Positions 1-9,486 of a stretch of 51,547 nucleotides of DNA are shown here, piece after piece. The position numbers and the translations under genes are program-made. The notes beneath the pieces were generated by a model, which was not told where the DNA came from, made no database searches, and saw only the letters and a list, made by a program, of their open reading frames with translations. The first letter of the stretch is position 1, and each line of letters opens with the position of its first letter. This stretch comes from a virus (lineage: Duplodnaviria; Caudoviricetes): the IMG/VR virus record IMGVR_UViG_3300044799_000342, positions 1-51,547 of that record; one strand, 5' to 3'.

Positions 1-127
1 GGCGGCCACGTCTTTCAGCCGTAGGGCGTCAAGGTAATCGATGGGCGCCAGTTGCATATTCGGTTATGGGCCAGCCCCTACTACAAGACCGATGGATCGT
101 AGCGGAGCATCTCGCCGAAGCGGTGGG
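1..127. repeat. Terminal direct overlap, copy 1 (circular contig)
   Basis: 1-127 is identical to 51421-51547; 127 nt is a common assembler k-mer length; gene order continues across the join. Confidence 0.95.
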
Positions 128-719
128 CCGCCGGCTTGGCCGTGTCGGCCATCACCATCATCCGCACCTGCAGGTTCCAGGCGTCGCCGTAGGGCATGGC
201 CAACGGCTGGGCCTCCACCACCTGCACCTTGTGGAACTGGAAGGCCACGAAGTCGCCCGTGTCCTCGTCGTAGACCCGCGACAGGAATACGTGGAAGAAG
301 GTGTTCTGCGGCAGGTTGCCCAGGGGCATCTTCTCCGTTTCCTCGGCCACGTTGTGCACCACGGTGCCGCCGCCCAGCAACTTGGTCAGGATCGCCAGCG
401 GCAGCATGGCCTTCAGGGTGAAGTCCAGCTCGAAGTTGTCGCGCCGCTGCATGTTGGCCACGATGCCGGCGGCCGCGCACTTCACCACCGTTTCGGTGCG
501 GGCGTCCTTCAGTGACAGGTTGTCGTAGCAGCCGATTTCGAACAACGGGTTGGCGACGGTGCCGCTCATCCCGTAGTAGAAGCCGTCGCTGTCGGGGTTG
601 TTGTTGTAGGTGGCGCCCCAGTCCTGCATCCAGATATTGGGGCCGCCCTCAAGGTAGATACCCTCGGCGTTGAGAATCGGGCCGACTGGGGTTGCCGTGC
701 CGGTTCCTAGTGTGGGCAT
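81..719 (-). CDS. Major tail (tube) protein
   Basis: 212 aa, GGAGG SD; lies between the tail terminator and the chaperones/TMP across the circular join. Confidence 0.75.
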   Translation of the reverse strand: MPTLGTGTATPVGPILNAEGIYLEGGPNIWMQDWGATYNNNPDSDGFYYGMSGTVANPLFEIGCYDNLSLKDARTETVVKCAAAGIVANMQRRDNFELDFTLKAMLPLAILTKLLGGGTVVHNVAEETEKMPLGNLPQNTFFHVFLSRVYDEDTGDFVAFQFHKVQVVEAQPLAMPYGDAWNLQVRMMVMADTAKPAAHRFGEMLRYDPSVL

Positions 720-773
720 GTTTCCCTCCTCAAGCCGGCGCGGGCGCGACGCCGATGGTTTGCTTCTGCCTCT

Positions 774-795
774 ATGGTCGACAGTGGCGCGGAGG
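774..795 (-). promoter_or_regulatory. Putative late promoter (CCY-N10-GTCGACCAT) upstream of tail tube
   Basis: GTCGACCAT at 774-782 (minus), intergenic; recurs before other late operons. Confidence 0.65.
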
Positions 796-800
796 TCGTT

Positions 801-1217
801 TTAGATCTCGACGGTTGTGGTCGCAAACACGATCTCGCCGCGCCAGATCGTGTCTTCGCGGACGGGGTAGCTGGTGATTTCGGGGCGCAGCTCCATGCTG
901 GTCAAGCCGGTGCCTGCCAGGCGTTTCCGCTGGATCGCGTCACACATGAGGCCCAGCAGTTTCAAGCATTCGTCGCTGCTGTCGTCCTTGCTGAGGGCGA
1001 TCAGCCTGCCGCCCAGGGCAAGGTTGGCCTCGGCGCACTGGCCGTTGCCCTTGGGGCTGTGGCCGGTGAGGGAAAGGCGGATCGCGGGGTAGTTAAATGT
1101 CGTGCCCCGCCATCCCGCCTCCTTGATGCTGGTCGCGTCGGTCAAAGCGGCGACCAGCGGGGCATCGGCTTTCAACAGGGCAATCACGGCGGCTTGGATC
1201 ACGTCGGGTGACAACAC
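801..1217 (-). CDS. Tail terminator/completion protein
   Basis: N-terminal IQAAVIALLKADAPLVAAL and a YPAI motif typical of gp17/DUF3168-like proteins; synteny. Confidence 0.7.
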   Translation of the reverse strand: MLSPDVIQAAVIALLKADAPLVAALTDATSIKEAGWRGTTFNYPAIRLSLTGHSPKGNGQCAEANLALGGRLIALSKDDSSDECLKLLGLMCDAIQRKRLAGTGLTSMELRPEITSYPVREDTIWRGEIVFATTTVEI

Positions 1218-1643
1218 CTACGGCCTCCCCGTGTGGGCGGCCAGGGCCGCCAGGCCGATCCGCAACTGGGCCAGGAACACCTGTGTCGCCTCCCCTTTAC
1301 TTTCCTCGAAGGCCGGTTTGAACCACGGTATCGTGGCGCCCTTTGCCTGCGAGATCGGGCCTGGGTGCTTGCCCTCGATGTAGGGCTCCTCCTCTGTATA
1401 GACCGCGTAGTCGACGGTGGGGCCGATCTGCACCACCTGCTGCTTGCCCCGCCAGAACGGCTCGTCAACCGTGATCCCGCGCATCATGCGGCCCGTGAGA
1501 ACCAGCGCCGCCGTCTGCGCCTTCTGCTTCACGATCAGGCCGGCCTTGCGCAATCCCAGGGCGTTGTTGGCATCCAACAGGCGCGCATTGTTCCGCGCGT
1601 TGTACGTCCGCCGCACCCGATGGTAACCTGGCCCGCCGGCCAC
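1218..1643 (-). CDS. HK97 gp10-like neck protein
   Basis: TGRMMRGI...VDYAVYTE...PWFKPAFE pattern. Confidence 0.7.
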   Translation of the reverse strand: MAGGPGYHRVRRTYNARNNARLLDANNALGLRKAGLIVKQKAQTAALVLTGRMMRGITVDEPFWRGKQQVVQIGPTVDYAVYTEEEPYIEGKHPGPISQAKGATIPWFKPAFEESKGEATQVFLAQLRIGLAALAAHTGRP

Positions 1644-2011
1644 TATTCCTCCCGATCCGCGTAATCCGAATGGACGGCGGAAACTTGCACGTGGGATCGC
1701 GGATGACCGACCGGCAGGCTGGATCGCTGGACAGCCGTGATGCGCAACCGCTGGCCGGCCCAGGGGCCGTCGCGGGGAATGGCGATGTCTTCGGAGCGCA
1801 CGTCGGGGTACTGGTCGGGCCAGAGGATGATCTCCATGCTGCGCACGGTCTCGATGCCCTGCACGCGCAATGCCAGCGGCACGCGGTCGTTGGCGATCCG
1901 CGCCCCGACGCTGGCATAGCGGATCGCGTCCGTGCGAACCGCGCCGCCGACCGTATCGTCCGTGCCCTCCACCTGCTGGTAGATGTCCAGCGTTACGTCG
2001 ATGCCCTGCAC
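1643..2011 (-). CDS. Head closure/stopper protein
   Basis: 122 aa; DDTVGG motif; synteny after the adaptor. Confidence 0.6.
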   Translation of the reverse strand: MQGIDVTLDIYQQVEGTDDTVGGAVRTDAIRYASVGARIANDRVPLALRVQGIETVRSMEIILWPDQYPDVRSEDIAIPRDGPWAGQRLRITAVQRSSLPVGHPRSHVQVSAVHSDYADREE

Positions 2012-2047
2012 GTCGTTTTCCTGCTTATATTATTCGCCAAAAAGCGA

Positions 2048-2773
2048 TCAATCGAACGCCGGCCGGCCACGGAAGGCCACCATGCGCCGCACCTGGTACT
2101 TGCGCAAGAGGCGCGCCGCGTAGTTTGCCTCGGGACTTGACCCGATCACGGTTTTGCTCAGAAGACCACCGGTTTCGCTGTAGTCCATGCTGCGCCAGCT
2201 GTTGACGAAGCCGCTTCCCGCGCTGGCGCCAGCGGTCTGCATCAGTTGCTTATATTCCCGCGCCAGGATCGCCAGGGCCATCTTGACGGTGCCAGGCATG
2301 TCGGCCAGCGTATCCCACAGGCCCGCCACGTAGGTCACGTCCACCCAGGCCGGCTTGTTCTGCGCCGCGCAGCAACAACCGCCGCAGAACGCGACACCTT
2401 CGTGCCGCACCTCTACCTCACCGGCCAGGGGCCGGTAGAGCAACATGCAACCCGTGATGGTGTCGGTTTCGCAGTTGCAACTTTCCAGATCGTGCACCAC
2501 CTGCACCAGCGTGATGCTGCGCACGTGGGTCTTCTTGAGTTGCAGGAAGCGGAAGTTGGTATCGTAGTCCAGCCAGCCCTGGGGCCAGATGTGCCGTTCT
2601 TCGGCCACCGTGCCGGTCAACAGATTGGTCGAAAGGAACGTCTCGGCGTCCTCCTGGGCCATGCCCCAGGCCATGTCTTCCTGGGCTTGGGTGCCGGTAA
2701 GGAAGCCGACATTGTTCATTTCGGCCTGCAGGGCCGCAATCACGCCAGGGTCGGGAACGTTTACAACCGTCAT
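2048..2773 (-). CDS. Head-tail adaptor (Cys-rich)
   Basis: VDVTYVAG...PGTVKMA and LLRKY motifs; ATGA overlap with upstream gene gives start 2773. Confidence 0.7.
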   Translation of the reverse strand: MTVVNVPDPGVIAALQAEMNNVGFLTGTQAQEDMAWGMAQEDAETFLSTNLLTGTVAEERHIWPQGWLDYDTNFRFLQLKKTHVRSITLVQVVHDLESCNCETDTITGCMLLYRPLAGEVEVRHEGVAFCGGCCCAAQNKPAWVDVTYVAGLWDTLADMPGTVKMALAILAREYKQLMQTAGASAGSGFVNSWRSMDYSETGGLLSKTVIGSSPEANYAARLLRKYQVRRMVAFRGRPAFD

Positions 2774-4101
2774 GGCGTCACCTTCGTCCACGCTGTATCC
2801 GCCGCGCCGGTCTTGAACCACAGTTCGCCTGCTGCGCCGTTCGTGCGACTGTACTGGGCGCAAAGCGGCCCAGCCACGCCCGCGCCAGCACTCGGATCGG
2901 CCGTTCCGAACATGGGGCTGATCAACCGCCAATCGGTGTCGAGCACGCCGACTTTCTGATAGAGGAGACGGGTATCTGTGGACATATAGAGCGAACCTGG
3001 TAGGGCGAAATAACCGAGCGGCTTGCCCTGTGTTAGTTCATAGACGCCATAGTTTCCGCCAATGATGTTGGTGTTGTCGACGGCGATATAGAATCCAGCG
3101 GCGACCGGCACGTCGCGCGAACCCAACGCGCCGACGAAGGTAATATACATGCTCGTGGAAAGATCACCGGTGACAAGGACGTTGCCAGCACCAATGCCAG
3201 GCAGAGCCTCTAGCGCAGTTTGAACAGTGGCCGCGTTGGCATCCCAGGCCAATGGCGGGCTGTTGCCCGTTCCGTTCCCCAAGGTGAAGGTGCCACCCGT
3301 AGGGGGGCCTTGAGCCGCGCCGAAGCCGAAGACTTCATCGTCTGCGGCGTTCGCCGCGGGATCGCCTGGCCCCCAGACTAGGTAGACCTGACTCCCCGCG
3401 CCACCGTTAGCCTTGTCATCGCGCTTCAAACAAAGGTAGCCGTTCCGTGGCACCGATATCTGCCAGCCGAGCACAGCGTTGCAGTCCCAGGCGCTACGTC
3501 GTGAATAGGGTGGCGTTATGCTAAGTTCGAAATCGTGAGGCTGAAATTGGAGAGTACCTTCTTGGATATCGTCCCCAGGAGTCTGTGGGGCCACAGCAAC
3601 GGATATAAAGACCGAGGCGGGATCGACGAAGACGCCATCGGCGTGACCAGCGTTCACCTGGTGAACGAGGCCGACGGAATGCCAGCCGCTGTCGTCGGCC
3701 TTCCGCGCATAAAGCCGCCGATCATCTGATGCACCGTAGCTATGGGCGACGGGCCGCGTGTCCAACCACAGCGTTCCAGGCGGCTGCGAGCCAGGGTCGG
3801 TGTCCTGCATGAGCAGGTTGGCTCCAATCCCGCCCACCTGCACGTCCTCCTCGTAACGCGGCGTCATACCTGCGCCGCTGAAGTAGAGGCGGACAGATTG
3901 CGGCGTGTCGAGCCAGAAGCCGTACTCGCCGAGGCTGCCAGTCGTCAGAGGGTTCGCAAGCGTCGCGCCCGATGTGGGATCGGCGTAGAGCGGCTGCGCC
4001 ATGGGCGTCGAGGTGCCTTTTTCATAGATCGCGACGTTCGCGCCAGGGAGCGCATCTCCATTCTGCTTTTGGAGATAGGCGAAGTAGTGGGCTCGCGGCA
4101 T
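2770..4101 (-). CDS. Virion fibre/head decoration protein
   Basis: N-terminal GANVAIY...LYAD...NPLTT..GEYGFW resembles a particle-binding domain; repeated GDP...PGxLY...W modules; GAGGAGG SD at 4101. Confidence 0.55.
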   Translation of the reverse strand: MPRAHYFAYLQKQNGDALPGANVAIYEKGTSTPMAQPLYADPTSGATLANPLTTGSLGEYGFWLDTPQSVRLYFSGAGMTPRYEEDVQVGGIGANLLMQDTDPGSQPPGTLWLDTRPVAHSYGASDDRRLYARKADDSGWHSVGLVHQVNAGHADGVFVDPASVFISVAVAPQTPGDDIQEGTLQFQPHDFELSITPPYSRRSAWDCNAVLGWQISVPRNGYLCLKRDDKANGGAGSQVYLVWGPGDPAANAADDEVFGFGAAQGPPTGGTFTLGNGTGNSPPLAWDANAATVQTALEALPGIGAGNVLVTGDLSTSMYITFVGALGSRDVPVAAGFYIAVDNTNIIGGNYGVYELTQGKPLGYFALPGSLYMSTDTRLLYQKVGVLDTDWRLISPMFGTADPSAGAGVAGPLCAQYSRTNGAAGELWFKTGAADTAWTKVTP

Positions 4102-4120
4102 GGTGGGCCTCCTCACCATA

Positions 4121-4142
4121 ATGGTCGACTTAAAACGCCAGG
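4121..4142 (-). promoter_or_regulatory. Putative late promoter upstream of fibre/neck operon
   Basis: GTCGACCAT at 4121-4129 with CCT 10 nt upstream. Confidence 0.65.
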
Positions 4143-4171
4143 GGCCACGCACCGTCAACGTGGCCCCTGGC
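4132..4171 (-). terminator. Intrinsic terminator closing the glycosylation island
   Basis: Perfect 13-bp stem (4137-4149/4159-4171) followed by GTTTT on the minus strand. Confidence 0.65.
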
Positions 4172-4197
4172 AATCCGTTGCCCTCATGGGCTTGGAA

Positions 4198-5076
4198 TCA
4201 GAGTAGGAAAGGCTCGTCGTACTGCAGCAGGTCGCCGGCCTGGTGCGACAGGATCAGTTGACCCTCGTTCACCTCGATGCGCGATAGGGCAATCGGCTCG
4301 CGCCCCACCACCGCTATGGCGGCGGGGTCAAACGCCACGGCCAGGCCGGCCTTGCGCAACTGCAGGCAGTAGTACATGTCGGCGAAGGGCCGGTTGCCAA
4401 ACGGATCGCTGGGGAACGGGCCAAGGGTGCGGAAAAGGCTGCGCCGCGTCGCCATGAAGTTCACCGGCACCCCCTGCAAATCCTGACGCGGGTAGATTTT
4501 CGGGTTATCGGGCGACCAGCCAGGGAAGCGCACGTAGGGCTGCATCATAGCGCCTACCACATAGCCGGCGGATCGGATCGATGGGCACGGGTAGCCTGGC
4601 GGTTGGCAGTCGATGTCCCACACGGCCAGGCCGCCGACGGCGCCCACTGTCTCCGGCTCCATGGCGGCGGCCAGGGCCACCCAGGCACCTTCGGCCAAGA
4701 TCGCGTCGGCGTCGACGAACAGGATCAGCGGTGCCTGTCCATGCTGGGCCGCGCGGTTGCGGGCCTCCCAGCGGTCACGGCCGCTGCGGTCGAGGCGCAG
4801 GTTTTCCTCCCGCGCGATCCGCGCCAGTTCGGTGTGTAGCGGCGACAACTGGACGGGGATCGCGTCGGCCAGGGTGATGGTGGCGTCTTCCGGCAGTTGC
4901 CGGCGCAGGGCGCCCAGGCACAGGCCCAACCGGTCGATGGTGGTGAACGCCGTCACCACGGCATCGACGCTGCCGCGCATCGGCAAACCCATGGCGGAAT
5001 GGGTTGGCGCGCCCGTTGCCCGCGCCTCTGCCCTACGTCGCGCCCGCTGGCGGCTGGGGCTTTTCCGTGATCGCAT
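4198..5076 (-). CDS. GT2-family glycosyltransferase (divergent)
   Basis: ARNRAAQ...LILFVDAD (DxD) and ADMYYCLQLRKAG motifs. Confidence 0.75.
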   Translation of the reverse strand: MRSRKSPSRQRARRRAEARATGAPTHSAMGLPMRGSVDAVVTAFTTIDRLGLCLGALRRQLPEDATITLADAIPVQLSPLHTELARIAREENLRLDRSGRDRWEARNRAAQHGQAPLILFVDADAILAEGAWVALAAAMEPETVGAVGGLAVWDIDCQPPGYPCPSIRSAGYVVGAMMQPYVRFPGWSPDNPKIYPRQDLQGVPVNFMATRRSLFRTLGPFPSDPFGNRPFADMYYCLQLRKAGLAVAFDPAAIAVVGREPIALSRIEVNEGQLILSHQAGDLLQYDEPFLL

Positions 5077-6244
5077 TCAGGGCCTCCTCTACAACGTCAA
5101 GGGCCTTATCCCAGGTGCGGCCGCGTGCCCAGGCGAGGGCCATGTCAGCGCGGCGCCTGGCCCGTTCCGGCTCGCTGCGGATGGACTGGATCGCCAGGGC
5201 GGCCTGCATCGGCGAGGCAAAGCGGCGGGTCTGGTTGCCGAAAGGATCGATGTAGCTATACTCCGCCGGCACCAGGTAGCCGCGTTCGTCGGCGAGGTTT
5301 TCGGCCATGCCGCCGGCGTCGGTGGCCACCACGGGCAAGCCGCAGGCCATTGCCTCCATGACGGGTAGGCCCAGGCCCTCAGCCTTCGACAACTGCAGGT
5401 AGCAATCAGCGCCCCAGTAGATCTCGCGCAGTTGGGCGTCGGTCATGCCGGCGTTGCGTTCGAACTGGAAGAACTGCGTCTGGTTGTGCAACTGAAAATA
5501 CTGGTTGAGGTTCCAGGTCTGAAAGCCGATGTGGGTCGGCCGGCGTTTGGTTTTCACCACCAGCCGCACGTCGTCATAGCGCGGGCCGCGCAGGATCGGC
5601 CGCTTGTCGCTGGCGGGCGGCCACACGAAGCGATGGCCGAGCAGCAGGGCCGCCGTGGCCCACATGGCCGGCAGGTTCTTGCGCTCGTGGTTGTCGCAGA
5701 CCGAGAAGATAACAAAATTGTTATCCCAGTCCTCCCGCTTGCGCACTGCCGCCCGCTCCTCGGGCGTGGGCGGGCGCCAGAACTCGGTATCGATCCCCAC
5801 CGGCAGATGGCGCGCGGTCAACCCGCAATCCTGGCACAACTTGGTGGCCCATTCGGTTTCTAGCAGGGCAGCCCCCATGCGGTCGATGACGGTTGTCCAT
5901 TCGCTGGGGTGGATCAGCGGGTCGCTTTCCAGTGGGAAAATGCCGGCGTAGGGCACACCCCACTCCATCACCTGCTGCCAGGTGCAATGGTCAACGATGT
6001 CGCCGATCCCCAGCAGGACATCGGGCGCATAAGCGGTTTTGATCATGTTGACGTGCCGCAGGAGGGTTGCCGGTTCGCTGGGGCAGGCGTGCACCGGCAG
6101 GCGGTGCTCCTGGCCCTGGTAGTTCAGGGCAGCGATCACGACATCATGCCCGCGCTGACCCAGGGCGCCGCAAACCGCCTGGGCGATAGTGGTGTAGCCG
6201 CTGCCGCCGGCGACGTTAAACTCGGTGATGCAGGCGATTTTCAT
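5033..6244 (-). CDS. GT4-family glycosyltransferase
   Basis: GIDTEFWRP, ERKNL, EGLGLPVMEAMACGLPVV (Ex7E). Confidence 0.9.
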   Translation of the reverse strand: MKIACITEFNVAGGSGYTTIAQAVCGALGQRGHDVVIAALNYQGQEHRLPVHACPSEPATLLRHVNMIKTAYAPDVLLGIGDIVDHCTWQQVMEWGVPYAGIFPLESDPLIHPSEWTTVIDRMGAALLETEWATKLCQDCGLTARHLPVGIDTEFWRPPTPEERAAVRKREDWDNNFVIFSVCDNHERKNLPAMWATAALLLGHRFVWPPASDKRPILRGPRYDDVRLVVKTKRRPTHIGFQTWNLNQYFQLHNQTQFFQFERNAGMTDAQLREIYWGADCYLQLSKAEGLGLPVMEAMACGLPVVATDAGGMAENLADERGYLVPAEYSYIDPFGNQTRRFASPMQAALAIQSIRSEPERARRRADMALAWARGRTWDKALDVVEEALNAITEKPQPPAGAT

Positions 6245-6282
6245 GGCCGTCTCCCGTTGCTGAAATTGTTACATTTCTGCCC

Positions 6283-6311
6283 TTGACCATAAGACGCAAC
6301 GTTGCTACGCT
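6283..6311 (+). promoter_or_regulatory. Sigma70-like promoter on the plus strand
   Basis: TTGACC-17-TACGCT in an AT-richer intergenic gap. Confidence 0.45.
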
Positions 6312-6317
6312 GCTCAG

Positions 6318-6430
6318 CGCGGCTTCCGGCCGCGATGACGGACGGACTGAGTTACCCCCCTACTACTGAGACCTTGGTAGATCTCTTAAGACGATCTGGT
6401 AACATAAGGGTGGTGATCAGTCCTTCCGTC
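6318..6430 (+). other. Structured non-coding element (candidate ncRNA or origin)
   Basis: Hairpin 6318-6334 plus a long imperfect stem 6337-6361/6407-6430 with an inner AGATC..GATCT hairpin. Confidence 0.4.
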
Positions 6431-6483
6431 CTTCATACGATAGTAACTACTCCCCCGCGCGTAGCGCGCGCGAGGCGTGCCGG

Positions 6484-7353
6484 TTAAGCCAACCCTCGCC
6501 GGTCGAGTTCCAGCGCCAGCAGTTCGCGCTTATCCGCCCACTTCTCGATCAGCAGGCGTTCGTGGTCGGCCGCGTGGTGGAGGCCGATCTTGGGATCGTT
6601 GGCCAGGGCCTTCTGCCAATCCTTCTGGCTGCGGTGCACCACCACGGCTAGCCCGCAGCGTATGCGGAAGCCGGCGGTCTTGATCTGCAGCTGCAGGTCG
6701 GTTTCTTCATGCCAGTGCGGGTTGAAGCGCGGGTCGTACTGGAAGACCGGCCAACCGTCTAGGCCGCGCAGGTTGCGCCAGGCCCAGCAATAGCCCATCA
6801 CCAGGTCGGCGTAGTCGCCTGGCAACGGCCGGCGGTCGTCAAGGAAGTTGGGCGCCATCCAGGGGCCGGCCAGGAGGCCCGCCCAGTTCAGGTAAAAGCC
6901 CTCCTGGCCGGCGGCGCCCACCTTGGCATCGGTGAACGCTTCCAGTAGGAACTTGTCCCAGCCAAGCCCCACCTCAACGTCGTCGTCCACCTGCAGGATG
7001 AACTGGCCGCGCGCGATCATGATCCCGTGGTTGCGGGCACAGACGCCCTCGTGGCTGGGTAGGTGCATGGTGGTGTAGCGGCGGTCTTCCGCATGTACCC
7101 TGGGGTGTAGTTCTTGGATCGCCCTGCTGGTGCCGTCGTCGCTGCCGTTGTCGATCACGATCAGCTCGTAGTCGGGCACGGGCGTGGCCGTCTTGGCCCA
7201 AATGCGGTTGATGCAGGCCAGCACGGTGTCGCGCCGGTTATGCGTCAGCAACACAATGCTGAACAGCAGGTCTTGCGGCGCGGGTTGCCGGCGACCGCCG
7301 CCGCTGGTTTCGCCGTGTTCTATCCGATGAGCGTTTCCTTGTGCCGTCGCCAC
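6484..7353 (-). CDS. GT2-family glycosyltransferase
   Basis: FSIVLLTHNR, VIDNGSDDGT, ARNHG, QVDDD, HEETDL; GTG start with GGAGG SD. Confidence 0.9.
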   Translation of the reverse strand: MATAQGNAHRIEHGETSGGGRRQPAPQDLLFSIVLLTHNRRDTVLACINRIWAKTATPVPDYELIVIDNGSDDGTSRAIQELHPRVHAEDRRYTTMHLPSHEGVCARNHGIMIARGQFILQVDDDVEVGLGWDKFLLEAFTDAKVGAAGQEGFYLNWAGLLAGPWMAPNFLDDRRPLPGDYADLVMGYCWAWRNLRGLDGWPVFQYDPRFNPHWHEETDLQLQIKTAGFRIRCGLAVVVHRSQKDWQKALANDPKIGLHHAADHERLLIEKWADKRELLALELDRRGLA

Positions 7354-7874
7354 TGGTTTTCCTCCTGCCAGGCCGCCCAGCTGGCGGCCGTCTTGATCGG
7401 GCGCAGCAGCACCCACAGGTTGCCGCGCCACGCCTGTTCGACGATGCCAAAGTGGTGCGGTGCGATCCCGTAGTCGCTGAACCCTTCCACGAAGCCAGGC
7501 TCCCAGTAGAGGAAACTGGTTTCGCTGAACGTGTGGCAATGGGTGGGGTCGCCGTGGGCGCCGGCGCTGGCGTAGTAGGGCACCACGATCTCCACCCAAG
7601 AGTCGGGTCGGCAGATGCGCCAGATCTCCGCCATGCAAGCAATCAAATCTGCGATATGCTCGAGCGTTTGGTGGGCGATCACGGCCGTGGCGCATTCGTC
7701 TTCCAGCGGCCAGGGCCGCACGTTCAGATCGTGCACCAGGTCGACGCCGTCCAGTCCAACGCGATCGATCCCGAAGTACCCCTCATTCTTGTGATTACCG
7801 CAGCCCAGTTCGATGCGCCCAGGCCGCGCCCGCGTGGGCGTGGGTGGTGGGTGCTTGCCGATCAGTTGGTTCAC
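7320..7874 (-). CDS. Class I SAM-dependent methyltransferase
   Basis: IELGCG, GVDLVHDL, HQTLEHI, EIWRIC, DPTH. Confidence 0.85.
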   Translation of the reverse strand: MNQLIGKHPPPTPTRARPGRIELGCGNHKNEGYFGIDRVGLDGVDLVHDLNVRPWPLEDECATAVIAHQTLEHIADLIACMAEIWRICRPDSWVEIVVPYYASAGAHGDPTHCHTFSETSFLYWEPGFVEGFSDYGIAPHHFGIVEQAWRGNLWVLLRPIKTAASWAAWQEENQWRRHKETLIG

Positions 7875-7914
7875 GCCAGTTTCCTCGCCAGGGCCATATA
7901 TTGCGTCGGTATCC

Positions 7915-8457
7915 TCACAAGGGCTTCCTTCCGTGTCCGAACACCCCCACGGGGTACTGCCAGTCCTGTTCGCTGGGCGGCGAATTCCTGGGCCGGCCCA
8001 CGCCCTCGGTGGCGATCACCACGTCCACCAGGCCGGCGCGCCGCAACAGGTAATCAAGGCCGCTGGGCGTGGTGCGCCCGTAGTCGCCGCTTTGCCCCTT
8101 GTCGATCTCGGCGTCGTGCAGCGGGAAGGCGAAGCACCAGGTAACGATCAGCAGGCCGCCAGGGCGCAGCGCCAGGGCCATGGTGTCAATCGCCGCCCAG
8201 GGCTCTTTGATATGTTCCAGCGTTTCACAACAAACCACTGTGGAAAACTGGCCATTGAACCGTTCACCGGCGTGGAGAACGTCGGCCACCAGGTCGACGC
8301 CAGGGCCGTCAACCAGGTCGATCCCCAAGTAGCCAGCCTGGGGGAACAGCGGCCGCACCGTGCCGTTGACGTTGCGGCTGCCCACCTCGAGCACGGGCGC
8401 CGAGGCGCCCTGGCTCTGCACCACCATCGTCACCCAGTCCGAAACTGCACGCCGCAT
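7915..8457 (-). CDS. Class I SAM-dependent methyltransferase
   Basis: VLEVGS.NVNG, YLGIDLVDGPGVD, CETLEH, LRPGG. Confidence 0.85.
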   Translation of the reverse strand: MRRAVSDWVTMVVQSQGASAPVLEVGSRNVNGTVRPLFPQAGYLGIDLVDGPGVDLVADVLHAGERFNGQFSTVVCCETLEHIKEPWAAIDTMALALRPGGLLIVTWCFAFPLHDAEIDKGQSGDYGRTTPSGLDYLLRRAGLVDVVIATEGVGRPRNSPPSEQDWQYPVGVFGHGRKPL

Positions 8458-8574
8458 ATCTGATCCCCTTCCTGGGGCGCTACGGTGCCCGACACGGCCC
8501 CTTGCCCCCTGGGGGCAGTAAAACCCTCTGCCCCTGGGCAGCATGGCGGTGTCCTTGCCACCGTGGAAAGAAAT

Positions 8575-9486
8575 CTAAGGCGCGGGCGTCGGCCCCCTGG
8601 CCCGTTTCCACGCCCCGATCCCAAAGTGACCGTCCGGCGGGATCACCGCGTCCCACCCCATGCCGGCCAGCACGGCGTCAAGCCCCTGCTGCAGTTCCGC
8701 GCTTTCGGGCAGGTGCGTGGGAAACGGCTTGAAACTGTCGTGGGTCAGGATCAGCACGCCGTCCGGCGCCAGGGCATCGACGAACTGCTGCAGCAGGCCC
8801 ACCGGATCGGGTACGTGCTCAACCACGTCGAGGGCGCACAACGCGCCCCACCGTGCCGGAAGGTCATCAGCGGCAAGAATGGGCACCTTTAAGGCTTCGA
8901 TGTCGGCTAACATCTTCTTCCAATCGGCGAGCCAGTCCCTTATTGCCGTCTCCGGCGAAACGCAAACGTGGATGTGGCCTGGTGGGTCAAAGCCAGCCTG
9001 CAGCAAACCCTCGCGTTCAAACCGCCAGGCCGCGAAATTGGCCGTTTCGCCCAGGTCGGCATACGCCACCTGGTAGCCGGCGCGGGCCAGGAACAGGGCT
9101 TGCTGCCCGATCCCGCCGCCGTAGTCCAGGATCGGGCCGTGGCCGTGAAGGTGTGTCACGTATTGGTGCACGATATTGGCGCGGTGATCGCCGGCCCACA
9201 GTTCGGGCGGCGGACCAGCGCCCCGCAGCAGTTCGAAGATCATGCCGAAGTTGGTGTGGTAGAACTGGCGGATCGCCTCGCGGTCAAGCAAGGCCGGAGC
9301 CTGCAGATCATGCCAATCAATGCCCGCCGCCAGGGCCACGTCCTCCCATTCCAGCTCAAGCAACTGGGCGGCGTCTACACCCACCGCGATGTAGCGGTCG
9401 AAATCCCTGCGCGGCAGGCCAGGCCAGTATTCCGAGCAAAGTTCCCACGCATATTCGAGGGCCGGATCAGGACTGGTGGGGTTCAT
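8575..9486 (-). CDS. Class I SAM-dependent methyltransferase
   Basis: ILDYGGGIG, LDVVEHVPDP, LAPDG. Confidence 0.85.
   Translation of the reverse strand: MNPTSPDPALEYAWELCSEYWPGLPRRDFDRYIAVGVDAAQLLELEWEDVALAAGIDWHDLQAPALLDREAIRQFYHTNFGMIFELLRGAGPPPELWAGDHRANIVHQYVTHLHGHGPILDYGGGIGQQALFLARAGYQVAYADLGETANFAAWRFEREGLLQAGFDPPGHIHVCVSPETAIRDWLADWKKMLADIEALKVPILAADDLPARWGALCALDVVEHVPDPVGLLQQFVDALAPDGVLILTHDSFKPFPTHLPESAELQQGLDAVLAGMGWDAVIPPDGHFGIGAWKRARGPTPAP

Noticed and set aside
1-127. Terminal repeat as a biological DTR
   Set aside because: Length equals a common assembly k-mer and it falls within tail genes; best read as a circularisation overlap
8458-8574. Hairpin-rich gap before a methyltransferase as SAM/SAH riboswitch
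   Set aside because: Stems are present but I could not match conserved riboswitch cores; an Rfam scan would settle it
7320-9486. Methyltransferases as DNA-modification or restriction-modification enzymes
   Set aside because: No DPPY/NPPY or PCQ motifs; they resemble small-molecule or glycan class I enzymes
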